A DNA stretch of 63,187 bases, the filler included, from Octopus bimaculoides (lineage: Eukaryota): NCBI RefSeq assembly GCF_001194135.2. It is 5 parts of 5 records of this genome, joined end to end, with 100 filler letters (N's around TTAATTAATTAA, not from the genome) between each part and the next. Parts side by side here need not be neighbours in the genome. Positions count along the whole stretch, not along the records: positions 1 to 15,308 come from NC_068997.1; positions 15,409 to 28,851 come from NC_068988.1; 3 more parts are not named here. One strand, given 5' to 3'. The notes below the pieces were generated by a model. The model saw nothing but the letters and a program-made list of their open reading frames with translations. It ran no database searches and was not told the origin of the DNA. This document shows, one piece after another, positions 11,713 to 24,382 of the stretch. Both the position numbers and the translations under genes were made by a program. The first letter of the stretch is position 1. Every line of letters begins with the position of its first letter.

Positions 11713-13574
11713 AAAATAATTATTTGAAAAGTTAAGAAATTAATTCACTTACTAGGATTTACCAGTAAATTTTTAAATCATTATATTTTTTCACTCATTC
11801 TGACAAAACCGTATTTTTCTCAGCATATAATCATATAGACTTATTTAGAGATTAAATAGCGGTCAAAACATTTACAAATAGAGCAAAGTCCATAAATTTG
11901 TTATATGCCTCTAAAAATGGAATGCTACCTCATATTTTTAAATACATGTTATTGAATAATAACTGAAAAGAAAATGCCACACCTTTTTATTTATGTTTAG
12001 TTTAGAACTAACTATTAATTTACAACCCCAAAGACAAAGAACCTCTCTTGAAAACAGTTTTCATAATTTAAAACAGAAGATAATTCTCGCATGAAGGCTC
12101 CGTGATATAACTTCTATCTTTTAGTTTTTAAATTGTTAAAAGATTGTTGATATTCATGTATGTTTAGCGTGAAATAGATCATGAAAATTTGTACAACGTA
12201 TAATCTTTGAAGCAGTGGAGCTTGAAATACCATGAAATTTAGACACTCTTAAAAAGTTGCAAAATTTCTTTCGATTTATATTCTAGGTAAGACACGTCAC
12301 TGATATCAACAAAGCTGAGAATAGACATATCGTTTTCTAAAGATTCAAAACTATATTCGTCTCATAAAAAGTTTTGACGAAATACCAAATGGATATTTCA
12401 CTGTAATTGTTGTGTGTTTGTGTCTATATCTGAGCGGTTAGCTAAAAACATTTAATGTCAAGGAAATCTTTAACGTGTTTACAAGCGAACTTAACGCAGC
12501 AGTAAAGTTAGTTCTAAAATTCTTTGATGTTTCGTTTGAATTACACACTCACTATGTATGACAGTTAAATATAATTTTATAGGATCGAATTCTATTTGGA
12601 TTTTTTCTTACTTATGGTTAATGCGGTTTTTTCTACACTTGATGGCTTACGTCACTTCATCCATTAGCAATTATTTGCATTAGGTTTATGTTGATTTTAA
12701 GAATCTGTTGTCCAGGACATTGTCTATTAGACAGATTTTATTCAAATATTGTAGCCAACTTCGTTTAAATTATTTCGGGACATTTGTTTATATATATACA
12801 TGATTACTCTTATCTAACAAATTAAAATAGTCTATATATACGAAGCTACATAAATCAATAAATAAAATAAAATTGTTCAGGAAGCGACAAAAATATGCGC
12901 CCCATATAACTGACCTATTTTCTCAGCAACCATTCATTGTTATCAGTAGCTTCTTTCATCTTTAATCATACTTAATAAACTTTCTGATGTACTATGAAAG
13001 GAACTAATTTCCTCAGGCTCGCCATACACCATTTCTTAATATTCTTTTGACTTGAATTATTAATATTTTCGGTATGAGACCAATTCTGAGAAAATTACTG
13101 TAATTGGAATATACCTTATATAACTTACCTTTCTTATATTTAATATTTACTTTGGTATATATCAAGTTCGTAGCACGGTAGCAATCATTATATATTTGGG
13201 GGGGGTGCATGTGTGTGTGTGGAGAGAGAGAAAGAGACTGAGAGAGCGAGAGTGAGAGAGAGAGAAAGACAAACAGACAGACAGAGACAGAGAGAGGGAA
13301 GGGAGAGAGAGAGCGACAGACAGACTGACAAACAGACAATGCCAATATATACAATTCAGAAATCTGATTGAGTAAAAATCCAATCATTAGCAGTATTCAA
13401 CCATGGCGACCATGTTTTTTTTTTCCTTTCCGACATAATATCATAACTTATTTAAGCAGTTATGCTGTGATTTTAATGGAGATTTAGCTTCTACTTCTAG
13501 CAGATTAAATGACACAGTATATATTCATTTGGTCTTTAATATCATTTCTGTTCATTTAGTAAGACTTATTAGAG

Positions 13575-13790
13575 TAGTTATGGCGCAGGACTAAATGCAT
13601 TGTGGTATTGGCTGCTGCTCTCTGCACTCCAAGCTAAAGCTAACGTTGCCTTTCGGTCTTTCAAGAACTGCACTAAGGATATGAGTGTTTGTGGAGAACT
13701 CAGCCACTTTCATGTTAATTTCACGAGCAGACTGCTCTGTTGATTGGATCAACTGGAACCCTCGCCGACATAACCGACGGAGTGCCAGTT
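13575..13790 (+). mobile_element. Diverged SINE with family-A-like head and a different 3' tail
   Basis: AAATGCATTGTGGTATT...TTGCCTTTCGGTCTTTC resembles family A; tail GATCAACTGGAACCCTCG...ACCGACGGAGTGCC is not seen in other copies. Confidence 0.4.
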
Positions 13791-14097
13791 AAAAGACAAC
13801 AGTGACTTCATAGTTTTGGCACATTTCCCTTTTCAAACTATTCAAAATGAATAGAGATTAATCATACATAAATATGTTAAAAGAATCAAAATTAAAATCC
13901 ATTATCAGTAAAAAAAAAAATAATCTTAATGAAAAATCAAATCGAAATAGCCGGAATGTATATTTATTTAACATATAGTCAAACGAAGAAAAGAAAATAA
14001 AGGAATAAGAACAAATATTTAAAAATTGAATGAAAAAGGCATGGGAAAAGTTTTAGTAGAGTATATGTAAATAATGAACAATATTAATGAAACTTAA

Positions 14098-14262
14098 GAC
14101 GGGGAGCGGGTAGAATTGTTACCACGCCGAGCAAAATGTTTAGCGGATTTCGTCCGTCTTTATGTTGCCTTTCATCCTTTTTGAGGCCGATAAAGTATAA
14201 GTACCAGTTAAGCACTGGGATAGATGTAATAGACTTACCCATCCCAGAAATTTCTAGCCTTG
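14098..14262 (+). mobile_element. SINE family A, internally deleted
   Basis: CACGCCGAGCAAAATGTTTAGCGG...TTGCCTTTCATCCTTT...TAAGTACCAGTT. Confidence 0.8.
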
Positions 14263-14530
14263 GGGGAGGGTGAATATGGCAAAATAGTATTGTGTATTTT
14301 GAAAAAGAAGAATTTTATTTCAAAAATAAAAATTGTGTATCAGATTGTCGTATCTTGAAATATAAATTTTAGTTATAAAAGTCTAAAATGTTCATAAATA
14401 ATTCAAAGTTATTGAATTAAACTGTTATTTTTTAGGAATATTTCTGAAAATTTGTATTAAGATATAAATTTACATGAATTACGATATAACCTGAAAGGTA
14501 TAGCTACATTCAGTATGATTAATATTCTTT

Positions 14531-14678
14531 TCTACTCTAGGCACAAGGCCAGAAATTTGTGGGGAGGCGACAAGTCGATTAGATCAAACCCAGCACGCAA
14601 CTGGTACTTAATTCATCGACCCCGAAAGGATGGAAGGCAAAGCTGTCCTCTGCGGAACGTAAAAACAGACGAAATACC
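14531..14678 (-). mobile_element. SINE family A lacking its 5' head (abuts Tx1-like 3' end)
   Basis: Reverse complement of family A from the tail to CAGACGAAATACC. Confidence 0.8.
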
Positions 14679-14679
14679 A

Positions 14680-15308
14680 ATTTCTTTATTGCCCACCGGG
14701 GGCTAAATAGAAATGGACAGAACAACTGATGGGATCAGTAAATCGGTATGATTTTACATAAAATATGACTTTTAAAAATTAAATGAAATATATAAAAAAT
14801 CGAATGAAATTAACAGTACAGGGACAATACAAATGAAGTGAGAATCAGGCCACGCTCCGACCCCACAAGCCCCGATCTATCACTGGTACCTTTTTTTGTT
14901 CTTTTTTCCGTCTATTCACACGGTTCCTTGCACGCACAACACTCGTGCAACATGCTTCCATCTCGTTTGGAACGCACACTCCGACAGACATCTCCTCTCC
15001 AGCCACACTTTCCTTTTCAAATGAAAAGTAAAAAATGAACGTAAATTATGGCCAGAGATAAAGTTGCCTGGCTTAATTCCTTTTATCCTCGTCTTCCATA
15101 CTGCCTCTTTCGCTATTGCCACAACCGCGAGAAAACAATTTCTACCTTCGTTTGCTAAAACTCCCTGAGGGTCAATTTTCACAATTGACTCAGTCGACAG
15201 CTGCACTCCTCCCTCGCCGGACAACAGGTGCTCAGCACAAGCCCACATTTCAGACACCTCCGGACACCGAACAATAGCGTGAGGGACGGTTTCCCTGTCT
15301 CCCTCGCA
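14680..15308 (-). pseudogene. Tx1/L1-like LINE 3' end (ORF2 C-terminus + 3' UTR), cut by assembly spacer
   Basis: Translation ETVPHAIVRCPEVSEMW (second half of a CCHC knuckle) continuing into ORF 14916..15257 (FLAVVAIAKEAVWKTR...FHLKRK...F..RW); 3' UTR ends GGGCAATAAAGAAAT. Confidence 0.75.
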
Positions 15309-15408
15309 NNNNNNNNNNNNNNNNNNNNNNNNNNNNNNNNNNNNNNNNNNNNTTAATTAATTAANNNNNNNNNNNNNNNNNNNNNNNNNNNNNNNNNNNN
15401 NNNNNNNN
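15309..15408. other. Artificial 100-bp assembly spacer
   Basis: 44 N + TTAATTAATTAA (stops in all six frames) + 44 N. Confidence 0.97.
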
Positions 15409-15450
<42 letters not shown>

Positions 15451-15554
15451 TATATATATATATATATAGCATATAAGTAAGCAGATCAAATCATTTCTAA
15501 AGATATTACAGAAACAAAAATTAATTAAGAAGAAAGATAGTTCTCAATACATCT

Positions 15555-16603
15555 TTACAGCTGTTTCAAAAAATTTGATGACTGATTGACGCTATAACCT
15601 GCATTATGCAAACATGTGTACCTACTGCTGCAACGATATATAACAATAAATACATAAGCGAATTCAACTCACTGAACCTTTACACTGAAAGTTAATCACT
15701 TGTTACCGTCATCGTTTCTTTTAATCATTTATCCTTTATCGAAGATCTGTGCTTTAATGATCTTAACTGACTATTTACCTGCACTTCATTTCGATCTAAT
15801 CTCCCCTTTCAAGCTTTTACCTGGACCTTTTCAGATATTTATGAAATCATCCGAGTATAGTACAATCTACGGCAGATCTTTACACTAACGGAACGTCACG
15901 GTCTTTACCTATCTGTTTGTAGTCATTTAATGAAATATTCTTATATATTTCCTTACATATTTCAAATTGATCTTCTTCTTATGTTTCTTCTGACTTTGTC
16001 CCTTTAGTCATTTTCATATTTTGAAACCTCTCTCACGACACTTATATGTTTAGCATGCTTTGGATGCTTATAAAGTATCCAGGAGGCTAGAAACTAAGCC
16101 TGAAATTTGCTTAACGAGATTCGAACCTAATCCCTTCTTAATTGTTTTTCTTTGATCTTCCATCTCCATTCTATATGCTTCTAACTTGATTTATGATACG
16201 GCTGATCTTGCCTTCTCATTGACGTTTGAAAGGTCTTTAATGCAATTTATGCTTTTTTTAAAAATAGTCTTTCTTCTTTCGTCTCTGTCTGTCTTTTCCC
16301 TACTCTCTTCCTCCGCTTTTAGTCATATGCATTTCCTTTTGACATTCTTATCACCACTTTATTAAGGATTTAGTATTTATATTCCTCTTCATTCACGTTG
16401 ACTGATGTAACGCCTTCTTTTTCATTGTATATCTCCGTTGCGATGGAAAGATTCAGAAATGAATTGATTTACACATCACACATGCGCAATGATATAACGT
16501 CTAGCTTTTTTTGCTCTGTATGGTTATGGCATTATGCACACACGTTTACATAATACATATTATAGCAATCAACCAGTTATCGAATTTTCGAAACAGCTGT
16601 AAC
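15555..16603. repeat. ~1-kb segment bounded by ~75-bp diverged inverted repeats
   Basis: 15555-15628 (TTACAGCTGTTTCAAAAAATTTGATGACTGATTGACGCTATAA...) matches the reverse complement of 16529-16603. Confidence 0.7.
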
Positions 16604-16859
16604 GACTAATATTTTCCTTCTAAATTATATTAACGTTTAAGTCGATTTTTTATGATTTGAAACCATATGTAACTACTTGTCCATGTTTTATCTTTCTATT
16701 ATTATTCTTTAGAGCTAGGCATTTCTTAGAGCTAACACTTGTCTGCTAGACTATTGTTCCCTATGTTCAGGACGCTAGATTTAAAATATCAGGACCGTTT
16801 CGAGCACTATTACAGTGCTTGTCTATTCTATACCGTTCTTCTCAACTATTACACGAACA

Positions 16860-16985
16860 CTACCCCCACACAGACACAAATACACACATACACACATGTA
16901 TGTATATATACATGCTATGTATGCATATTTTCATATGTATATAGATATATATATATATACATGTGTGTATGTGAGTGTGTGTATG

Positions 16986-17032
<47 letters not shown>

Positions 17033-17365
17033 NNNNNNNNNNNNNNNNNNNNNNNNNNNNNNNNNNNNNNNNNNNNNNNNNNNNNNNNNNNNNNNNNNNN
17101 NNNNNNNNNNNNNNNNNNNNNNNNNNNNNNNNNNNNNNNNNNNNNNNNNNNNNNNNNNNNNNNNNNNNNNNNNNNNNNNNNNNNNNNNNNNNNNNNNNNN
17201 NNNNNNNNNNNNNNNNNNNNNNNNNNNNNNNNNNNNNNNNNNNNNNNNNNNNNNNNNNNNNNNNNNNNNNNNNNNNNNNNNNNNNNNNNNNNNNNNNNNN
17301 NNNNNNNNNNNNNNNNNNNNNNNNNNNNNNNNNNNNNNNNNNNNNNNNNNNNNNNNNNNNNNNNN

Positions 17366-17402
<37 letters not shown>

Positions 17403-17484
17403 TATAAATATGTATATATATATGTATATGTGTGTGTATGTATCTGGTCACCTAGTTCCACCAGCCACACGGCGATGGGCCACG

Positions 17485-17518
<34 letters not shown>

Positions 17519-18083
17519 AATGCAGACACGCCCTGACACACACACACAATCACAGACGCACACACACAGACACACGCACACACATTTGCACGTGTGTGTG
17601 TATGTGTGTGAACGCGTAAGTGCCTGCATCTCTGGTATTTGCGTGTGCATGTCTGTGTTTATGTATGTATGCGTCCGTTGTATGTATGCAGCAGAACACA
17701 AATAGAGATGGTACCCCGCGGAGAGAACATCAAAATGCTTTTGGTTTAGTCCCATTAGTGAGGTGAGACAGTTCCCTAGCTGCAGTGAATGACTTCATCA
17801 ACCATTATATGGCTCTTGCAAATACTTTCTCAATCGTGTATATTTAGAAGCCTATCAGTCGAACAATACACTTTTTGTGTGTCATTTATTTAAGCATGTG
17901 TATCATATACGTACATCTATGTACGCTTCTTTCCTTAATGCATGCGCATCTACTTCCAAACACTCCGCCATACACAATCAGACACCAACATCAATTACTC
18001 TCTCCCTCTCTACATTTGTGTTGTGCATATGACTGCACAGACATATACATGTGTGTGTGTGTGCGTGCGTGTTTGTGTGTATG

Positions 18084-18143
<60 letters not shown>

Positions 18144-18257
18144 TAGGTACGTATGTGTGTTCTGTGTCACATTTTGTTTTATTCAGACATGAAATTTATA
18201 TAATGTACGTATCAAATAGATGTACGAATGTATGCTTGTGCCCGAGTCTGCTTTCTT

Positions 18258-18324
<67 letters not shown>

Positions 18325-19097
18325 NNNNNNNNNNNNNNNNNNNNNNNNNNNNNNNNNNNNNNNNNNNNNNNNNNNNNNNNNNNNNNNNNNNNNNNNNNNN
18401 NNNNNNNNNNNNNNNNNNNNNNNNNNNNNNNNNNNNNNNNNNNNNNNNNNNNNNNNNNNNNNNNNNNNNNNNNNNNNNNNNNNNNNNNNNNNNNNNNNNN
18501 NNNNNNNNNNNNNNNNNNNNNNNNNNNNNNNNNNNNNNNNNNNNNNNNNNNNNNNNNNNNNNNNNNNNNNNNNNNNNNNNNNNNNNNNNNNNNNNNNNNN
18601 NNNNNNNNNNNNNNNNNNNNNNNNNNNNNNNNNNNNNNNNNNNNNNNNNNNNNNNNNNNNNNNNNNNNNNNNNNNNNNNNNNNNNNNNNNNNNNNNNNNN
18701 NNNNNNNNNNNNNNNNNNNNNNNNNNNNNNNNNNNNNNNNNNNNNNNNNNNNNNNNNNNNNNNNNNNNNNNNNNNNNNNNNNNNNNNNNNNNNNNNNNNN
18801 NNNNNNNNNNNNNNNNNNNNNNNNNNNNNNNNNNNNNNNNNNNNNNNNNNNNNNNNNNNNNNNNNNNNNNNNNNNNNNNNNNNNNNNNNNNNNNNNNNNN
18901 NNNNNNNNNNNNNNNNNNNNNNNNNNNNNNNNNNNNNNNNNNNNNNNNNNNNNNNNNNNNNNNNNNNNNNNNNNNNNNNNNNNNNNNNNNNNNNNNNNNN
19001 NNNNNNNNNNNNNNNNNNNNNNNNNNNNNNNNNNNNNNNNNNNNNNNNNNNNNNNNNNNNNNNNNNNNNNNNNNNNNNNNNNNNNNNNNNNNNNNNN

Positions 19098-19140
<43 letters not shown>

Positions 19141-19192
19141 TATGTCTACATAAGTATGTGTGTATATATATATATATACATATATATATATG

Positions 19193-19224
<32 letters not shown>

Positions 19225-19775
19225 CATACATACATACTTATGCATAGATATGTATATACACATTTATAGTCATATACATACATATAAACACACATTCACA
19301 CATATGTTTATACACATAAATAAAACCAACAAAAGTTTAGGAATAAGACTATGAAATAAGCGACAAAAATAACAGAAAAAAAGTTACGAAAATAAAAAAA
19401 ATGCGAAATGGTAAATCATAGCACAAAAAAAGCAAGCAAAAAAAATATCACAACAAAAAGACAAAAAATAAAAACAAAAACCCAAAAGCGAAGAACCCAA
19501 ACAAAATTATATATCGGTCGGTGAAAATGGTGCATTGAATGAAGAACCGGATATTACAATCTTCACCCAAGCATCGAACTATCGCAAGGAATTTTGTTAT
19601 TATTTCAAAACAACATTGGAAATAGTGCTTGTTTTACAATTCCTGTATGTGAACCACACTGCCACATGCAATTAGGTTTCCACTCTGCCACCACAGTGAG
19701 GTGGGGGTGGTGGTGGTGGTGGTAGTGGTGGTGGTGAGAGATATACTATACATACGTATGTGCGTGTGTATGCAC

Positions 19776-19862
<87 letters not shown>

Positions 19863-19916
19863 TGTGTGTGCGTGCGTGTGTATATGTATGTATATATATA
19901 TGTATATAAATATATA

Positions 19917-20003
<87 letters not shown>

Positions 20004-20290
20004 AGAAATGGGGTGGTGTTTTCTTTCAATTATTCTTATATTTGATAATAAAACTGAAGAGGATGATATATATATATAGAATCTGTTTACGTACGAACGT
20101 ACATACATACATACACATACACACACATATACACCATTTACACTTACATATGTCTATATGTACGTATATTTTCATATATGCGTATATACGTAAATGTATA
20201 TACGTATAAATATACGTATACATATGTATGCAGCCATGTATGTAGCTATATATGTATGTATGCATGCATGTGTGTATGTACGTTTATATG

Positions 20291-20326
<36 letters not shown>

Positions 20327-20390
20327 CGTGGGTATGAGCATATGCGTCTCTATGTATATGTATGTGTGTGTGTGTGTGTGTGTGTTTAGG
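16860..20390. repeat. Large compound microsatellite field ((AT)n,(CA)n,(TG)n,(GGT)n) with N gaps
   Basis: Read directly; source of many spurious YI/HT/VC ORFs. Confidence 0.9.
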
Positions 20391-21138
20391 GGAGGAGATG
20401 CAGAGTGTCTGTACTGAAGGACAAGAGAAAGCACAAGGTAAAATTATTAAGTTTTAGTGCATTTTATAGGTTCCTTCATAGCAGCTTGAACAGCTTCGCC
20501 ATTAACTCAACACTGCTATTGTTACGCCGTGTGTAGCATTTACATATGTATATATGGCAGGTATATGTATGCATGAATAAATGAATATCTAAATACACAA
20601 ACACACACACACACAAATATAATGGCGTGTCGAATTGCTAAAATCGTCGGGGCATCAGAAGGCATAGTAGCTGTTGACATCGCGAGCGACCAGGAGCAGA
20701 TCCATGAACGAACTGATTATGTATGTATGTATGTATGTATGTATGTATGTATGTATATAAATAATGCAGAATGGGACAAGAACGCAAAACATCAAGACAG
20801 GTGATACAAGAAAGAGACAAAATATACAGAAAGACGATTCAAAGAAAACACGGACAGGTCATTCGGAGTTTTCTCTCTTCAGTCGAGATCCAGATTATCC
20901 TTGCAATTTCGGCTGGTTATTCTCGATATTGCTCCAATCTGGCCAGCCCCAAGGAAAACCTAAGCTAAGAGCATTAGATTCTTTGGAAGAAAGCAGCGAA
21001 TGTATACAAAAACAAGGACGGAAAAAAACTAACAATGTTGCAGAAATACAATAGGAATAATAACGGGACATAACAACAGGTGTCTTTCGACTAAGGACGA
21101 ATTAAATTAAGCTGGCGTATATGGAAATAAGACCTTAC

Positions 21139-21247
21139 ATGTATGTATGTAAGTATGTATGTATGTATGTATGTATGTATGTATGTATGTATGTATGTAT
21201 GTATGCATGTATGTATGTATATTTGTATGTATGTATGTGTTTGTGTG

Positions 21248-21316
<69 letters not shown>
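21139..21316. repeat. (ATGT)n(ATCT)n tetranucleotide microsatellite
   Basis: Read directly. Confidence 0.95.
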
Positions 21317-21317
<1 letters not shown>

Positions 21318-21435
21318 CTCACCGTACTCTCTTCTTTTCTCTCTACCCTTCATTACCCATTTTCTCTCTCTCTCTCCCACCCTTTTTCGTATCATGTGAC
21401 CGTCCCATTTCATCTTTGTCCCCAACACTTTGATG

Positions 21436-21772
21436 CAGTGGTTCTCAACCATTTTTTCCGTCTATGGACCCCTTTAATTACTATTTCATTCCGATGGACT
21501 TCCGTAGCCTTTCGATGTTTAAAAACTAGTTTTATAGACCTTTCAAAATTCCTATTCTGTTTATTAAACATTCACCCCAGAGAACATGTCTCATTGGCTG
21601 GAAACATATTAAACTATGTATAACGTTAAAAGAAACGTAGCTGTTTCTAGCGATAAATATATCTCAAGCTGTATTTTTACACGAAATCTTATATAACTGT
21701 AGATCGCCAATTTACTATTCTGTTTGCGTGGAACCCACAAAATCTAATATGGACCCCGGTTAAAAGCCATTG
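21436..21772. mobile_element. hAT (Charlie-like) MITE
   Basis: Starts CAGTGGTTCTCAACC, ends GGTTAAAAGCCATTG (decayed complement); 8-bp flanks CTTTGATG / CTCTAATG. Confidence 0.7.
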
Positions 21773-23050
21773 CTCTAATGATTCTACCAATTCACCAACG
21801 ATAAAAGTATAAAGAACGTGATAAGATTTTTAATAACTTGGTTTCCATACAATTTACTGGACGGTTGTGGCGATATGTGTGTAAGACTCCCGCAACCCTC
21901 CACTGGGGTCGTCGCATTATCTTTTCTTCTATGAACCTATTCGGATCCGGCGCGCTACGGTTGCTTAAGTATATGATTATGGTACATTAGAATATTTTTT
22001 CTGTATTTTATAAATTTGGTTCGTTTTTTTTTTAATATTTTTCCACATTTATATCATGCTGTGTTTCCTCTTGTAATGAGATTAAATAAAAAACCGGGAA
22101 GCAGAAAATATAATTAGCAAAACAGAAGGTACCAAACAATCTATTAGTGGAGCAAAAGTCCAACCCCACCGCCAACAAAAACAACAAAAAAAGTAAAAAA
22201 AAAAAAACCCAACAAAACACTGTCTTTGTGATCCTTGTCTCATGCAAGATATAAGAAACAAATATGGCGCTTATATCAAAATTAAGATAGCGTATTGGAA
22301 GTATTGGGACCCTGGGGCTCGGAAACCAACGTGTTGAGAATTGAATCCAGTTGTAATTGTGTTTTTCTTATTTACAAATGCAAATTTTGCCAGCGTTTAT
22401 TTATTTTATTTATTCAACTCTATGTTATACTTTATTGAGCATACGTAAGATCAAAAGGCGTTCTAGCCGTGACACACCGTCTTTTTATATGTAAGTGGCT
22501 GGCTACATATGTCATCCTCCAATGTTTTCTCTTTACATGATAACGGTAGGAAGTGAATTGTGGGACATATGAGGTTTATTTATATAAGGTCGTGTGACCC
22601 CGTGGGGACTCTCTTTTTGGTTACATAGCGTTTTTATTCGCTTTCACTTCAAACTAAAACACAAATTTTCTTTTGCTAACGTTGTGATTTAACTTGCAGA
22701 AACCAAACTTCCGACTTAGAAACTACTGTAACTATTGAATGAAAGCTTTCATTCCTAATTCACTGGGGTGTCTGAGAAAACGATTATATTGTTCAAGGAG
22801 GTTTGAGAAGGCTATCCTTCGCTGATGAGGTGTAATAATACCGAGACACGTTATATTGCCGGTTAACAAATATTAGATTTGTCTCTTAAGCACAAAGATT
22901 AATTTTCCGCGAAAGTAATTGTTAGCCCGTTGAAATTATCTCCCCTTTTCTTTAGCAGTCACTAACAATTGCCGCCCAGCTTTTGTTTTCTTCCTCCTGC
23001 TGAGAGACAAATTTCAATTCACTGAAAATTTTTAACGTATGTCAGAATAA

Positions 23051-23386
23051 ATTTATAGTTTATGATCCGTAAAATAGACATAAAAAAATACGGGACATTC
23101 AGTGTACATGGCTCATTAAATTTTAGTCACGGTAGCTTGATCAGCCATGCATCACTTACGATCAGTGTTCTATATTCATTTCAATTATATGTGAGGCTAC
23201 GGAGTTTCATGACTTCTCTATATGGGCTTTACCTTTGATATAAGGTCTCTCATGAACCGTAAACATTTATAGTTTACGATCCGTAAAATTAAAATGACTA
23301 AAAAAATGTCGCAACAAAACAACTAGGTATTTAATTTACATGCCTCATTAAACTTTAGTCACGGCGGTTTAAATAGTCATACATCA
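23051..23386. repeat. Old diverged direct duplication, period ~214 bp
   Basis: ATTTATAGTTTA(T/C)GATCCGTAAAAT at 23051 and 23265; CTCATTAAA(T/C)TTTAGTCACGG in both units. Confidence 0.75.
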
Positions 23387-24348
23387 GTTTTTGAACTTGT
23401 TCTGCTATGAAATCTGTTTTTTTTAAAATACATACATACATACACACACATATACATATACACATATATTAATATAAAGGTATTATTTAGTATTGTTAAT
23501 CAACTTGTTGGAAAACAACAGAGACATTTACTGATGGAGGGACCGTGTGTATATAAAGTGAAATTTATTGATAAAATTGATTTGACTGAGACCCCAAAGT
23601 TTGCCCTTAACGGCTTATTTAATCAGTGAAGCCGCATTTAATAGATTTACATCAGACGATTTTCTCACAAAACGTGGGTGTTAAAACTAAAGAGGGGATA
23701 ATGGATTTTGTTTAAAGAGAGGAATATTGCGGTTGAATCAGAGAAAGAGAGAAGTTTTAACGGTCATAGATAGAATAAAGGAACCGAGACCGACAGACAA
23801 ACAGACAGACAAATATATAGATAAATAGATAGATAGATTGATAGATAGATGGGAGAAAGAGATGGGAAAATAGATAAAGAGGAAGCAGTTTGTGAAAATA
23901 GTAGCGGGGTGAAAAAAGGGTAATAAAGGCGACAAAATATTATTAGAGAGCAAAATGCGGAAAAAAGTGTTGAATCAGTTGGGAGATGGGGTGGGGTGAT
24001 CATTGAAATATGAAGAGCCTTTAGAATAATTATTGTTTAGATAAAAGTAGTGTTTTACGAAAGCATTTTTGGAGATAATTTGGTTTATATGTATAGAGGC
24101 ACTCATGTACACAAGCATACACTTTTGCACGGATATATGTAAAACAAGGTATGACTACAAATATAAACCTGCACAAATAAATATATACACGCACAGACAC
24201 ATATACAGACATAGGCACACAGACACACGCATGCACACACACACACATAGATATACAGACGCCATATATAAACATATAAACACTTATACAAATACAGATG
24301 CACATACACTTACACACATAACCCATATGAAAATAACCACATATATGC

Positions 24349-24382
<34 letters not shown>

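Noticed and set aside
16739-20417. Long ORFs (up to 349 aa) in the ORF track
   Set aside because: Products of dinucleotide repeats and N-gap read-through (YI/HT/VC/X runs); the same applies to similar ORFs at 24479-25203, 26821-27438, 49980-50522, 51655-52228, 56425-57573 and 58614-59254
20780-21118. Probable interspersed repeat with minus-strand CTGAAGA-GAG/CTC-CGAA, loosely similar to 54770-54950 and 43800-43830
   Set aside because: No clear second copy in the window, and helix I/III cannot be formed; unclassifiable without a search
22815-22860. CTGATGA-GGTGT/ATACC-GAGAC hammerhead-like core
   Set aside because: Good helix II, but GAAA is mutated and no helix I partner was found; too weak to call
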